Shown here: piece by piece, positions 46,160-55,066 of the stretch
How positions within the stretch are numbered: the stretch's first letter is position 1
Layout of the letters: each line of letters opens with the position of its first letter
Source of the DNA: a virus
Lineage: Duplodnaviria; Caudoviricetes
IMG/VR virus record: IMGVR_UViG_3300040801_001103
Location: 10 to 64,009 of that record
Length of the DNA: 64,000 nucleotides
Strand: one strand, 5' to 3'
Notes under the pieces: generated by a model
Databases searched by the model: none
Told to the model about the DNA's origin: nothing
The model's input: only the letters and a program-made list of their open reading frames with translations
Made by a program: the position numbers and the translations under genes

Positions 46160-47221
46160 ATGAAAAAACATGTAATCGCCCACTATACCTGGAATCCTGA
46201 GTTCTCCAAGAGAGGGCTTCGCCACGATCTCTTAAACTACACTAACACTAAATTTTTATTGATAGGCCCAGAAGAATCTGTAGTCTATCGAGATGATGAA
46301 TTTATAGATACTCCCATCATAAGAAAAACCATCAAGCACAGTATCAATCATTTGGGTAATGAGATACATGCTGTTTTCAACTTTGTGCCTGATACACCTC
46401 GGACAACTGAGCACGAAGATGAATATTTTGCTGATATGTTGCATGATTATATTACTGTGCATCCATACAACTCATTTTTTTTCACTTACAGCGTCAATGG
46501 GTTTATTAAACAGGCTCCTGAAGATCGCTACCCGCATGATACATCAGAATTTAATTATAACTTTTGCTGTCTGAACCGCAATCCCCACCCACATCGCAAG
46601 TACCTCATGGACTGTCTGGCCAAATACCGCTTGATTGAATACAATGTTGTGAGCTGGCTCGCTGATTGTGACCATGATGAGCCATATAACTTTCAATACT
46701 GGACACCCAGACAGATTATTTTACCTGAGACCCGTGGCTATAAAACACGGGAAGGCAGTGAGCCAGTCGCATACAAGCAATGTTTTTCCAATCTGGTTTC
46801 TGAGTCAACAATGGACAGAGTGTTTCTAACAGAAAAGGTGGGACGACCAATATTGGCTAAAAGGCCATTTCTGGTACAAGGCGGGGTGGGCTACCATGAA
46901 AATTTGAAAAATTTAGGCTTTGAGTTGTATGATGAACTGTACGACTATGCCTTTGACGCAGAGCCTGACTGGAAAACCAGAACAGAAATGGTTGTGAAGC
47001 AAATTCACAGCACACAGGGCGCAAACTATCAGGAACTCTACGCACAAGTACTGCCCAAGTTGGAACACAATCTGGCGCGTTGGATACACTTTGTGGTTCA
47101 TGACAGACCGGTTCCTGATATAGTATCAGAGCACCCAGAATTTTTTCAGAATTATGTTCTACGTGATCAAGATGCAGTCAATTGTCTTATCCATCACGAT
47201 TATTTTAAAAAGTATGTATAA
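46160..47221 (+). CDS. Glycosyltransferase-like protein (GT-B, xTEK motif)
   Basis: CLNRNPHPHR, LVSES...FLTEK..RP...RPF, LGF..Y.ELYDY.FD. Confidence 0.5.
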   Translation: MKKHVIAHYTWNPEFSKRGLRHDLLNYTNTKFLLIGPEESVVYRDDEFIDTPIIRKTIKHSINHLGNEIHAVFNFVPDTPRTTEHEDEYFADMLHDYITVHPYNSFFFTYSVNGFIKQAPEDRYPHDTSEFNYNFCCLNRNPHPHRKYLMDCLAKYRLIEYNVVSWLADCDHDEPYNFQYWTPRQIILPETRGYKTREGSEPVAYKQCFSNLVSESTMDRVFLTEKVGRPILAKRPFLVQGGVGYHENLKNLGFELYDELYDYAFDAEPDWKTRTEMVVKQIHSTQGANYQELYAQVLPKLEHNLARWIHFVVHDRPVPDIVSEHPEFFQNYVLRDQDAVNCLIHHDYFKKYV

Positions 47222-47239
47222 TTTCAGGAGCAAGTAATA

Positions 47240-47746
47240 ATGTTTAAGAAATGTTTTGAATCGCCACTATTTAGAACTCTGTTTGCCAGAAAAGGCACCA
47301 AGATGGATTTAGACAGACTCAGAGATCAATTGATATCAGATGAGGGTGTTGTATACGCTGTGTACCTGGACCACTTGGGTTATCCCACCATGGGCGTGGG
47401 GCATCTAATCACCCCAGATGATCCTGAGCATGGCTGGCCTGTCGGTACCGAAGTTTCATACCAGCGTGTTTGGAATGCCTTTGAGCAAGATGTACATTTC
47501 AAGATTGATGAATCCAGAAGGTTGTACTCAAACTTTGACACCTGGCCCGGCGAGGTTCAAGAAATCATGGTGAACATGATGTTCAACATGGGGCGCAGTA
47601 GATTATCTGGATTCAAACGCATGCATGCGGCGTTGGAGAAAAATGACTGGCGGGAGGCTGCACGTGAAGGCAGAGACAGCCGTTGGTATCGCCAGGTCAC
47701 CAATCGTGCTGAACGCCTGATGACTCGCTTGGAAAACGTGGGATAA
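47240..47746 (+). CDS. T4-type lysozyme (GH24)
   Basis: E-x8-D-x5-T triad (DEGVVYAVYLDHLGYPT), GVGHL, NMMFNMG, SRWYRQV.NRA. Confidence 0.92.
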   Translation: MFKKCFESPLFRTLFARKGTKMDLDRLRDQLISDEGVVYAVYLDHLGYPTMGVGHLITPDDPEHGWPVGTEVSYQRVWNAFEQDVHFKIDESRRLYSNFDTWPGEVQEIMVNMMFNMGRSRLSGFKRMHAALEKNDWREAAREGRDSRWYRQVTNRAERLMTRLENVG

Positions 47747-47749
47747 ATA
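47742..47749 (+). promoter_or_regulatory. Late promoter (GATAAATA) 5 nt from ATG
   Basis: Direct read. Confidence 0.65.
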
Positions 47750-47754
47750 CAAGC

Positions 47755-49101
47755 ATGAATAACATGGACTATTGGTATGATGGCCAAATACGTCGCTATC
47801 TAATACAGCTAGTCAGAGTGTTCAGTCACTTTGAGATTGCTGAGAACACCAGCGACGGAGTGAAGTTTAATCGTGTGCCCTGCAAATACGCAAGCTCAAG
47901 CAGACAGGTGGCACAGATACTCAAGGGTAACAGTGAGAATGTACTTAACAGTGCACCACAGATTACTGTGGCACTTGAAGGCATATCTATAGCAAGAGAT
48001 CGCACCCAAGATCCCTTTAATGTGGACACCCGGCAGGTTGCTGAGCGTGAGTGGGATGGCGCAAATGGTCGCTACACCAGCGAGCAAGGTAACCTGTATA
48101 CCACTCAGCGTTACATGCCAGTACCATACGACTTAACCATTCAAGTTGACATCTGGACCACCAACACAGATGCTAAACTGCAAATTCTCGAGCAGTTGTT
48201 TGTGTTGTTTAACCCTGCGATTGAGTTGCAAAGCAATGATAACCCACTGGACTGGAGCAACGTGTTTACGCTTGAACTAGACACCATTAACTGGAGTAGC
48301 CGCAGTGTGCCAGCTGGCACCGAGGACACATTGGACATTGCTACCATGACATTTACAGTGCCCATATGGATATCTCCACCAGCAAAGGTCACACGCCAAA
48401 AGATTATTCAGAAAATTGTTGCTGACATTTACACATTGGACCAGTCATCTGAGCTACCCTCACTTGATGGCTACACTGACTTCTTTGCAAACATTCCAGA
48501 AGATTCACGATTCACCATCACACCAAACAATTACTGGCTTGAACTTGGTCCTGATACAGCCACGCTTACTACCAGCGGCGATGTGCCGCAAATATGGCAA
48601 GACTTGATTGAGATGCAAGGAGAGTTGGGAACCAGCAGTCGTCTGGAAGTAAACTTGTCAGACGATCAAGAAGATTTTAGCGCCATTGTAGTGGGTATTG
48701 TATCTGCGTCAGGTGATGATTCAGTGTTAAACTTTTCCCTGGATACTGATACTCTGCCAGGTAATACACTGGATGCTGTTGACAGAATTATCGACCCCAT
48801 AGCATCAACACCTGGGTTTGGCATACCTGCTGAAGCAGTAGGACAACGATATCTGCTCATCAACGGGTTTCCACCAGGAAGTAACACAGCAAATGCTTGG
48901 GGTCTTCCAAGTGCTGTGGAAAACACCATATTAGAATACCAACCCACCGGCTGGGTAGTCAGTTTTGATCCTGATCAAGCATCATCGCCGGAATATATTA
49001 CAAACAATGCAACGAACGAACAATTTCGCTGGACAGGTGAAGAGTGGATAAGTAGCTGGCAAGGGACATATAATCCTGGATACTGGCGACTTATTCTATG
49101 A
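47755..49101 (+). CDS. Tail sheath terminator / stabiliser (gp15-like)
   Basis: YD.QIRRY, PVPY.L, QILEQ...FNP. Confidence 0.85.
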   Translation: MNNMDYWYDGQIRRYLIQLVRVFSHFEIAENTSDGVKFNRVPCKYASSSRQVAQILKGNSENVLNSAPQITVALEGISIARDRTQDPFNVDTRQVAEREWDGANGRYTSEQGNLYTTQRYMPVPYDLTIQVDIWTTNTDAKLQILEQLFVLFNPAIELQSNDNPLDWSNVFTLELDTINWSSRSVPAGTEDTLDIATMTFTVPIWISPPAKVTRQKIIQKIVADIYTLDQSSELPSLDGYTDFFANIPEDSRFTITPNNYWLELGPDTATLTTSGDVPQIWQDLIEMQGELGTSSRLEVNLSDDQEDFSAIVVGIVSASGDDSVLNFSLDTDTLPGNTLDAVDRIIDPIASTPGFGIPAEAVGQRYLLINGFPPGSNTANAWGLPSAVENTILEYQPTGWVVSFDPDQASSPEYITNNATNEQFRWTGEEWISSWQGTYNPGYWRLIL

Positions 49102-49550
49102 TAATCAAAGCAGCGGGCATACTATTTTTAGCTAAAGACACTGGGCGGTGTTTGTTACAATTGCGCAATGCCGACAAACGACATCGGCACACTTGGGGAT
49201 TCTTTGGTGGCACACTGGAAAACGATGAGACTCCGTTTGAAGCTATTCAGAGAGAGTTAAAAGAAGAGATTGGCTTCGTTCCTGAGCTTGAAAAACTCAA
49301 CCCCATAGACATCTACCAAAGTCGTGATAAAAACTTCTTCTACTACAGCTTTGTGGCTGTTGTGGAGCATGAGTTTCACCCCACTCTCAATGACGAAAGT
49401 GCAGGATATGCCTGGGTCAACATAGGCACGTGGCCACAACCCTTGCACCAAGGCGCAAAGGTCACTTTGCAAAAAAACAAAGGCACAGAAAAGCTTCACA
49501 CTATTCTGGATATAAATAGACGGTCTAAGGCTGGGAGTGTGTGTGACTAA
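49098..49550 (+). CDS. Nudix hydrolase
   Basis: Nudix box GTLENDETPFEAIQRELKEEIG. Confidence 0.93.
   Translation: MIIKAAGILFLAKDTGRCLLQLRNADKRHRHTWGFFGGTLENDETPFEAIQRELKEEIGFVPELEKLNPIDIYQSRDKNFFYYSFVAVVEHEFHPTLNDESAGYAWVNIGTWPQPLHQGAKVTLQKNKGTEKLHTILDINRRSKAGSVCD
49511..49518 (+). promoter_or_regulatory. Late promoter (TATAAATA)
   Basis: Perfect consensus within nudix 3' end. Confidence 0.6.
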
Positions 49551-50163
49551 GGTTGTTGATTTCAAATGTATCAAGGTACAGAATGAAATTGACTGGTTTG
49601 TGAGAACCAGTCTTGTACCCGTGAGTTTGCAGTCTGGTGAAATTAGCATTCGAGATGTAGAGCAATGCTTGGATACCATGGACCTGCCATTCAAAAAAAG
49701 TGGTGTGAAACTTATCAATGCTTTTGTAAAAACTAATGCCGTTACTGGTTTACACGCTGCCGCTATTCGTGAATACGATTCACTATATAACAATCTTAAA
49801 TCCAAAAACAGAAGATTCAAATTTTCACAGGTGCTAGATAATTACCGCATGACCATAAACCCCCTTACTGCATTCTATTATGAGTGTCGTGAGATGCGGA
49901 GGGTATGGGACCCATCTAACGGGTATCATTCTTGGCTATTACGAACTGCACAGGATCATGAGTTTTACAGTTGCATTGTAAAAGCATTGGATCATGATCT
50001 CGAGGCTTTAACCAGATACACCAATCGCTATTATTGGTTGCTTCTTTACATGAAGAAAGAAATGCCTATAGAAGTTTATCATGCCAAGCAATTCATGGAA
50101 GACTTGAATGATTATCGTGAATTCTTCACAGAGCTACGTGAGTGGACCCCGCCTACCACTTGA
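49537..50163 (+). CDS. Hypothetical protein
   Basis: GGGAG SD; 208 aa. Confidence 0.65.
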   Translation: MCVTKVVDFKCIKVQNEIDWFVRTSLVPVSLQSGEISIRDVEQCLDTMDLPFKKSGVKLINAFVKTNAVTGLHAAAIREYDSLYNNLKSKNRRFKFSQVLDNYRMTINPLTAFYYECREMRRVWDPSNGYHSWLLRTAQDHEFYSCIVKALDHDLEALTRYTNRYYWLLLYMKKEMPIEVYHAKQFMEDLNDYREFFTELREWTPPTT

Positions 50164-50752
50164 CTGTGGGGAACAACATGGTCTCCATGAACTCACGAGC
50201 ACGTTGCTCACCTACATGGCTCTTGAGCATGCGGAATGTTTGCGGGTTGCGTCGTTGCCCGTCTATGTAACGCTGTTGGCCAGCTGCGTTATCGCCTGTA
50301 GGTATGCCAGGAAGCTCATACTCCAAGTAATAGTTTAACACATACACGCCCATCATGAGATCACGTAAATCAGGCTTGCAGCACACAAACTCATCACTGA
50401 AAAAGTCTCCCCACTCTGGGATCGGTCTCGGTTCACCCACTCTGGGCAGTGTGGGTGGTGGAGTATCATCCACTGGTGTGACATCCAAGAACATGCCCGT
50501 GAGATTACCATTGATCTCTATGGCGTCAAAACCGAATATGGGTGCGTTTGTATGAGTGTGTGGCATTATCACACAATGTATCACGCTAACTTTTTCAGTC
50601 CAGTAGTTTTCCAGATGAGCTCTGGCAAATTTGTCACTTTGCCACACATAGTTTTCCCACCCATAGTCAGGCACACCAATTTGTGTGCCGTGATTTTCCA
50701 GCAAGTCGTAAAGCTGATTACTGACTTGTCTGAGTGACTCGGAATATTTCAT
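50153..50752 (-). CDS. Ferredoxin-dependent bilin reductase (PcyA/PcyX family)
   Basis: RAHLE, IHCV.MP, PIFGFD, LD.TP, R.IPEWG.FFS, Q..Y...Q..N..T, F....LFP. Confidence 0.85.
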   Translation of the reverse strand: MKYSESLRQVSNQLYDLLENHGTQIGVPDYGWENYVWQSDKFARAHLENYWTEKVSVIHCVIMPHTHTNAPIFGFDAIEINGNLTGMFLDVTPVDDTPPPTLPRVGEPRPIPEWGDFFSDEFVCCKPDLRDLMMGVYVLNYYLEYELPGIPTGDNAAGQQRYIDGQRRNPQTFRMLKSHVGEQRAREFMETMLFPTVKW

Positions 50753-51239
50753 CGTATAAGTCCATGCTCAACTTGAATCCCAAGTTGGCTTCATCTGCTA
50801 ATTCTTCTTCCCTGCCAGCCAGTTCAGCTCGCATGTAGTCCACTAGCTCTTTACGAGACTCAAAGTCCATGTGTGATTTGTTTTCGTAAGGCACCATCTT
50901 CTTGAGCATTTGTCCACCAAACAGTTCACCCATGTAATGCACATACAAGTGACCCCAGATAGCTGCATCATCAAGAGACTGCAAATGTTCCAGGTACTTG
51001 TGTGTAGCACCCAGCAACACTCTGGGCAGTTTGTTACAGTCTTCAAACAGGCGTTCCTCACGACGCAAATTCTCAGGAAGTTCTATTCTGCTCTCAATGT
51101 ACTTGTACAGGTGATACTTTTGATGCAGTAGCAAAGTCCACTGCTTTTCCGTAATGCTGCCGTCAAAGATGCTCTTGTTAAGAGGCAGTTCCTCGATTGC
51201 ATCATGTGATGCTTGCGTTAGCTCGCGTAAGGTAGCCAT
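50718..51239 (-). CDS. Heme oxygenase (biliverdin-producing, HemO/Ho1-like)
   Basis: LRELT..SH..E proximal His; HLYVHYMGELFGGQ; EA..GF. Confidence 0.9.
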   Translation of the reverse strand: MATLRELTQASHDAIEELPLNKSIFDGSITEKQWTLLLHQKYHLYKYIESRIELPENLRREERLFEDCNKLPRVLLGATHKYLEHLQSLDDAAIWGHLYVHYMGELFGGQMLKKMVPYENKSHMDFESRKELVDYMRAELAGREEELADEANLGFKLSMDLYDEIFRVTQTSQ

Positions 51240-51850
51240 TATTTCTCCACGTCGAAAAAGAACATATGCCAGAGTCGACAGTTAAATTTGTCTGAACCAA
51301 AATAGTCACTTGCGCTGTGCAAGCATCCACCATCAAATAACACCAGGCGGTTAAAGATATTACCAAAGCTATCCACTTGATCATATCGAGTGCGATCACT
51401 AAATGTATCACCAGGAAATACTTCCCAGCCCTGGCCACTTTCCCAGTCAACCTGGCTGTTGTGCCACACACGGTGCTTCTTGTGCATCCAAGTGCTTGTT
51501 CCACAGCTTGGTGGTGCATCAGGGGTGAGATAGATCATGCCAGCCCACATCTGCTCGTCACAATGATATACCAAACGCTCGCCAGCCACGTTATGCTGGA
51601 AGCGGGAGTTCATTCCATAAGTTTCATTCCAGCCAGTTACTTCTTTACCAATGAGCTCACTAAAAGCTTCCTTGACACCAGGTATGTCGTGCTGTGTGCG
51701 AGTGCGCTTGCCAATGTATCCTGGATCATCATAAAAGTCTTGTTGCAGTGCGTAGTCACGCACAGCATAAGGATCTTTGTAGAAGTTGTCCACAACAATA
51801 GCACGTTTAGACTTTTGAAAATCTGGATTTACTCTTAATATTCCGTCCAT
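51239..51850 (-). CDS. 2OG-Fe(II) oxygenase (DUF6445-like)
   Basis: VVDNFY.DP..VR, PG..G.RT, HCD...WAG.IYL, GT, N.FNRLVLF....HS....FG...RL. Confidence 0.8.
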   Translation of the reverse strand: MDGILRVNPDFQKSKRAIVVDNFYKDPYAVRDYALQQDFYDDPGYIGKRTRTQHDIPGVKEAFSELIGKEVTGWNETYGMNSRFQHNVAGERLVYHCDEQMWAGMIYLTPDAPPSCGTSTWMHKKHRVWHNSQVDWESGQGWEVFPGDTFSDRTRYDQVDSFGNIFNRLVLFDGGCLHSASDYFGSDKFNCRLWHMFFFDVEK

Positions 51851-51851
51851 G

Positions 51852-52694
51852 TTAAAATCCTAGGTGTTTGCTTCTGACAAAGTTTAGGTCCCACGTTGAA
51901 TAGTCAATGGGTATGTCTGCCTTGCCATACGGATGTTGTACTGGCTGGCACACTCTCCAATCAGGACCCCATTTTTGTGTCATGTACTCGATGTTTATCT
52001 GATTGATTGCATCCAGTTTGCCAGTGAGAGCAGGATCTGACTTCTTGGTTTGACTACCAGCATTTTCATTGTAGTAGTCACTTGCTTTAGCAAAACCGTG
52101 CCAGTAGTCGTTTTCAGTACCCACCATTTTCACAATGGGGCGATGGATCATGCGCATGATGTAATCAGCATCTTCGTTATATGCCGGGTAGGTGTTTTCA
52201 TCAAACAGACCAAACTCTTGCACAATGATATCGCGTATCATGAACAAGTCCCAAGCGCCAATGTTAAAGTCGCCTTCGTTAGGATGGATCATGCCCAGTT
52301 GTGGGTATTCTTCCATGAGATCATGCATTTCTTTCAGCAACCCTGGTCCAAACGCCACGTCATCGTTTGTGATCAACCAGTAAGGCGCGTTCATGTAACA
52401 CTTGATGATCAAGTTCCATGCGCCACCACAACCAATGTTAGCTGGCATGTGTGTTACGGTCACCTTCTTGACATACTCGTGTTTGATGCTCTTGAGTGCA
52501 TCCAGATCCGCATCAATAATACCACGCCCGTTGTTGTTGATAATCACAAACTCATCAACTGGATAATCCACACTCATTAGCAGTCGTGACACCCAATACG
52601 GGTTGTTGACAACCGCTGTGCCAATTACAGGGATACTCTTGCGAGGTTCTGCCTGCACTACTTCCTGTTCAGGAACATTTACTTCTTGGTCCAC
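51852..52694 (-). CDS. Glycosyltransferase family 2 (GT-A)
   Basis: IINN, NIG...AWN, NDD (DxD-like), GLFDE...AY.ED.DY, KWG. Confidence 0.85.
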   Translation of the reverse strand: MDQEVNVPEQEVVQAEPRKSIPVIGTAVVNNPYWVSRLLMSVDYPVDEFVIINNNGRGIIDADLDALKSIKHEYVKKVTVTHMPANIGCGGAWNLIIKCYMNAPYWLITNDDVAFGPGLLKEMHDLMEEYPQLGMIHPNEGDFNIGAWDLFMIRDIIVQEFGLFDENTYPAYNEDADYIMRMIHRPIVKMVGTENDYWHGFAKASDYYNENAGSQTKKSDPALTGKLDAINQINIEYMTQKWGPDWRVCQPVQHPYGKADIPIDYSTWDLNFVRSKHLGF

Positions 52695-52695
52695 C

Positions 52696-54018
52696 TTATT
52701 CTCTCCCCATCATGTATGATTCGGCACTCTTGGTGTCATCGTGCTTTTGCATTAGTTGTTCAATCGTTTCTGCGCTCACCAGATCAGGATGTACATACCA
52801 GTCCTCATAGGGGCGTGGTGAATCGTCTGGTGAAATGTTACCTGCTACCAACACATAACCATATGACTCCAGATACTTGCGGCTCTTGGCGCGATAAGAA
52901 TCGTCTGGATCAGTATAATGATCATGCTCGTATGTGATTGTGGCGAACTTGAATTCCTCGAAAGGAATGTTTAGCAGTATCTTGTATGTGGTTGCTGCTG
53001 GCTCACAGTCAAGTTGCAAGTAGTCAAATTCTCGCTCACCATCAAAGATGCTGTCCAAGAAAGCAGTGTAGTTAACTCCAGTTGCATCACGGATAACGCA
53101 AGGATTGGCTCGTTGTGCGTTAAAGTTGTTTGCTAATCCTTCGTCAAGTTCCAGGCTGATGCCTTTCCAAGCATACTCACGCTCTAACAGCACAGTGTTG
53201 TTTCCGTACTCTGCGTTACCTGCTCCCACTTCCACATACTTGCCTTCGCGCTTGCCGCCAGTTGCTGCCAACACAAACATATCCTGGTAGCTCTCGCTGA
53301 AGTTGCGGCGTATTAGTTTGGAGTTGTCAAACTTCACACGCAAGTCTTTATGCATGTTCTGCTGATAGCTCTGAATCTCTTTGGTGCAAAATGCGTTAAG
53401 CTGGATCAAGTTGGTTTTTACCAATTGCTTGAGGTTGGAATCCAACTCTGGCTGTGCCCAAAGTGCCAGGAACAGTTTACGAGATTCATCACACATACCA
53501 CACCACCATGCTGCGGCGGCATGCTGTACGGCGATGCTATCTCTTCCGGGATAGTCCACATCAGTTCGCAAAAGCTCAAGCTCTCCAGCAGCAAAGCTAT
53601 CAGCAGCACGTAGACCCAAGGTGGCCCATGTGTAGCTGTCAAACCAGTTACCGTCACCACCTTCGTTACTGGTGATCTTGCCCAGCATGTAATATGCTTC
53701 AGGACGTTCTGGGCGCAATGCTATTGCATGTTGCAGCATGCCTTTAACGCTAAACTTGCGAATGCCTTGTGCGTCAAAACACATGGCTGCGCGGATCATG
53801 CACTCGTACTGCCACAATGTGTCGTCCTCAATGCGCTCTACTGTGCGAATGTAAAAGCCCACTGCTGGCGCATGTTGGCCATTCTCATGATACCACAATG
53901 CCAACTTCCAGTTTAGTTCTGGGTCTGCAGGTGTTTGAATGTAAGCCTGTAGCAGGCCGTCAAACTCTTCCAGGTCAAATTGTTCTAGTTCGTCTGCTAT
54001 ATTAAGATATTGATTCAT
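52696..54018 (-). CDS. TPR-repeat protein fused to FkbM-like methyltransferase
   Basis: TPR helices (P.RPEAYY); SES.QD.FV, YVEVGA, NNT.LLE, DYLQLD.E, EHD, EDWYV. Confidence 0.8.
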   Translation of the reverse strand: MNQYLNIADELEQFDLEEFDGLLQAYIQTPADPELNWKLALWYHENGQHAPAVGFYIRTVERIEDDTLWQYECMIRAAMCFDAQGIRKFSVKGMLQHAIALRPERPEAYYMLGKITSNEGGDGNWFDSYTWATLGLRAADSFAAGELELLRTDVDYPGRDSIAVQHAAAAWWCGMCDESRKLFLALWAQPELDSNLKQLVKTNLIQLNAFCTKEIQSYQQNMHKDLRVKFDNSKLIRRNFSESYQDMFVLAATGGKREGKYVEVGAGNAEYGNNTVLLEREYAWKGISLELDEGLANNFNAQRANPCVIRDATGVNYTAFLDSIFDGEREFDYLQLDCEPAATTYKILLNIPFEEFKFATITYEHDHYTDPDDSYRAKSRKYLESYGYVLVAGNISPDDSPRPYEDWYVHPDLVSAETIEQLMQKHDDTKSAESYMMGRE

Positions 54019-54991
54019 CGATATAATCCATTAGTGTGTTTTGGGCCACTCTCATCACAAATGCAGCGTTATCCTGGAAGCCAAATGTCAACAAAACGTC
54101 GTCACCCTGCATGCACATTCCCACGCTGAACTCCACATCTCCATCCAGGATGCTGAAGTCTGGTGTGTACTTGACCAGGTTCCAGTCATTGTCCCAGATC
54201 AAGAAGCGGTGTCGGTAAATGGCATCTTTGCGACCCACTTCACTGTGGAACAAAGCAACTTCGTGTGTCATGGTGATACGATGGTTTTCATCCAAGCGTA
54301 TTACTTGTGAGCCGCCGCGCTGATCGTTGGGCAAATAAATGGGCTTGCCCAGGAACACAGTTTCGCTTGTCTTTTCAACTGGGTCTACTTTGACAATCTC
54401 TACTGGGTTACACCATTTGACAAAACAGTAAGGCATGTCATCAATAGGCATCCAGTTCTTTTCGCAAAAGCTGTCAGGGTCGTTTGGTGGTGGGATGCGG
54501 AAGCGGCTTACTTCCTTGATCACTGCACCATCTTCCACAATCTCACAAAGCTCCATGCGGCCTTCGCCGTTTGGCTTGAGATCACGTCGCACACCTGTGG
54601 TGTACAGTTTGCCATCGCCCCAGTCAATCAATCTGGCATCTTCCAATCCCACAAAATCCCACTTCTCCTGCTCAGGGAAGTTAGTGGTATCAATCTTGTG
54701 TAGTTTGGTGATGTTTAGATCGTCGTCCAGTTCGCCATACCAGTTCCAGGTACGCAAATGCATATCGTTCTCTGGGTGCAAATATGTTAATGGACCGAAA
54801 GGATGCTGAAACAGTTTCTTTTCTGAATGATAGAAGGTGTAGTTCACCTGCCGTATGTTAATCAGTATCTTGCCGTTGCGATTGTAGATACTGGGATTCA
54901 TCAGGCCTGTACCGCCCGTGTGTTTGCCTGGGATTAGCAAGGGCTTGATTACTGCTCCTCGATCCACCGCGTACTTCGCAAAGTTTTCCAT
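54002..54991 (-). CDS. GH130-like beta-propeller glycosidase/phosphorylase
   Basis: NPSI, GLEDARL, EKNWMP, RGGS, Y.HRF, VEF..G. Confidence 0.65.
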   Translation of the reverse strand: MENFAKYAVDRGAVIKPLLIPGKHTGGTGLMNPSIYNRNGKILINIRQVNYTFYHSEKKLFQHPFGPLTYLHPENDMHLRTWNWYGELDDDLNITKLHKIDTTNFPEQEKWDFVGLEDARLIDWGDGKLYTTGVRRDLKPNGEGRMELCEIVEDGAVIKEVSRFRIPPPNDPDSFCEKNWMPIDDMPYCFVKWCNPVEIVKVDPVEKTSETVFLGKPIYLPNDQRGGSQVIRLDENHRITMTHEVALFHSEVGRKDAIYRHRFLIWDNDWNLVKYTPDFSILDGDVEFSVGMCMQGDDVLLTFGFQDNAAFVMRVAQNTLMDYIDESIS

Positions 54992-55035
54992 GTGTGTGTC
55001 GCCAATATGTTGTGTTTGTGTACTACTATATATCT

Positions 55036-55054
55036 AGACTGGCAGAGCCAGTCT
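55036..55054. terminator. Hairpin after collagen gene
   Basis: AGACTGGC-AGA-GCCAGTCT; no clear U-run. Confidence 0.4.
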
Positions 55055-55066
55055 GAATATTTTAGG

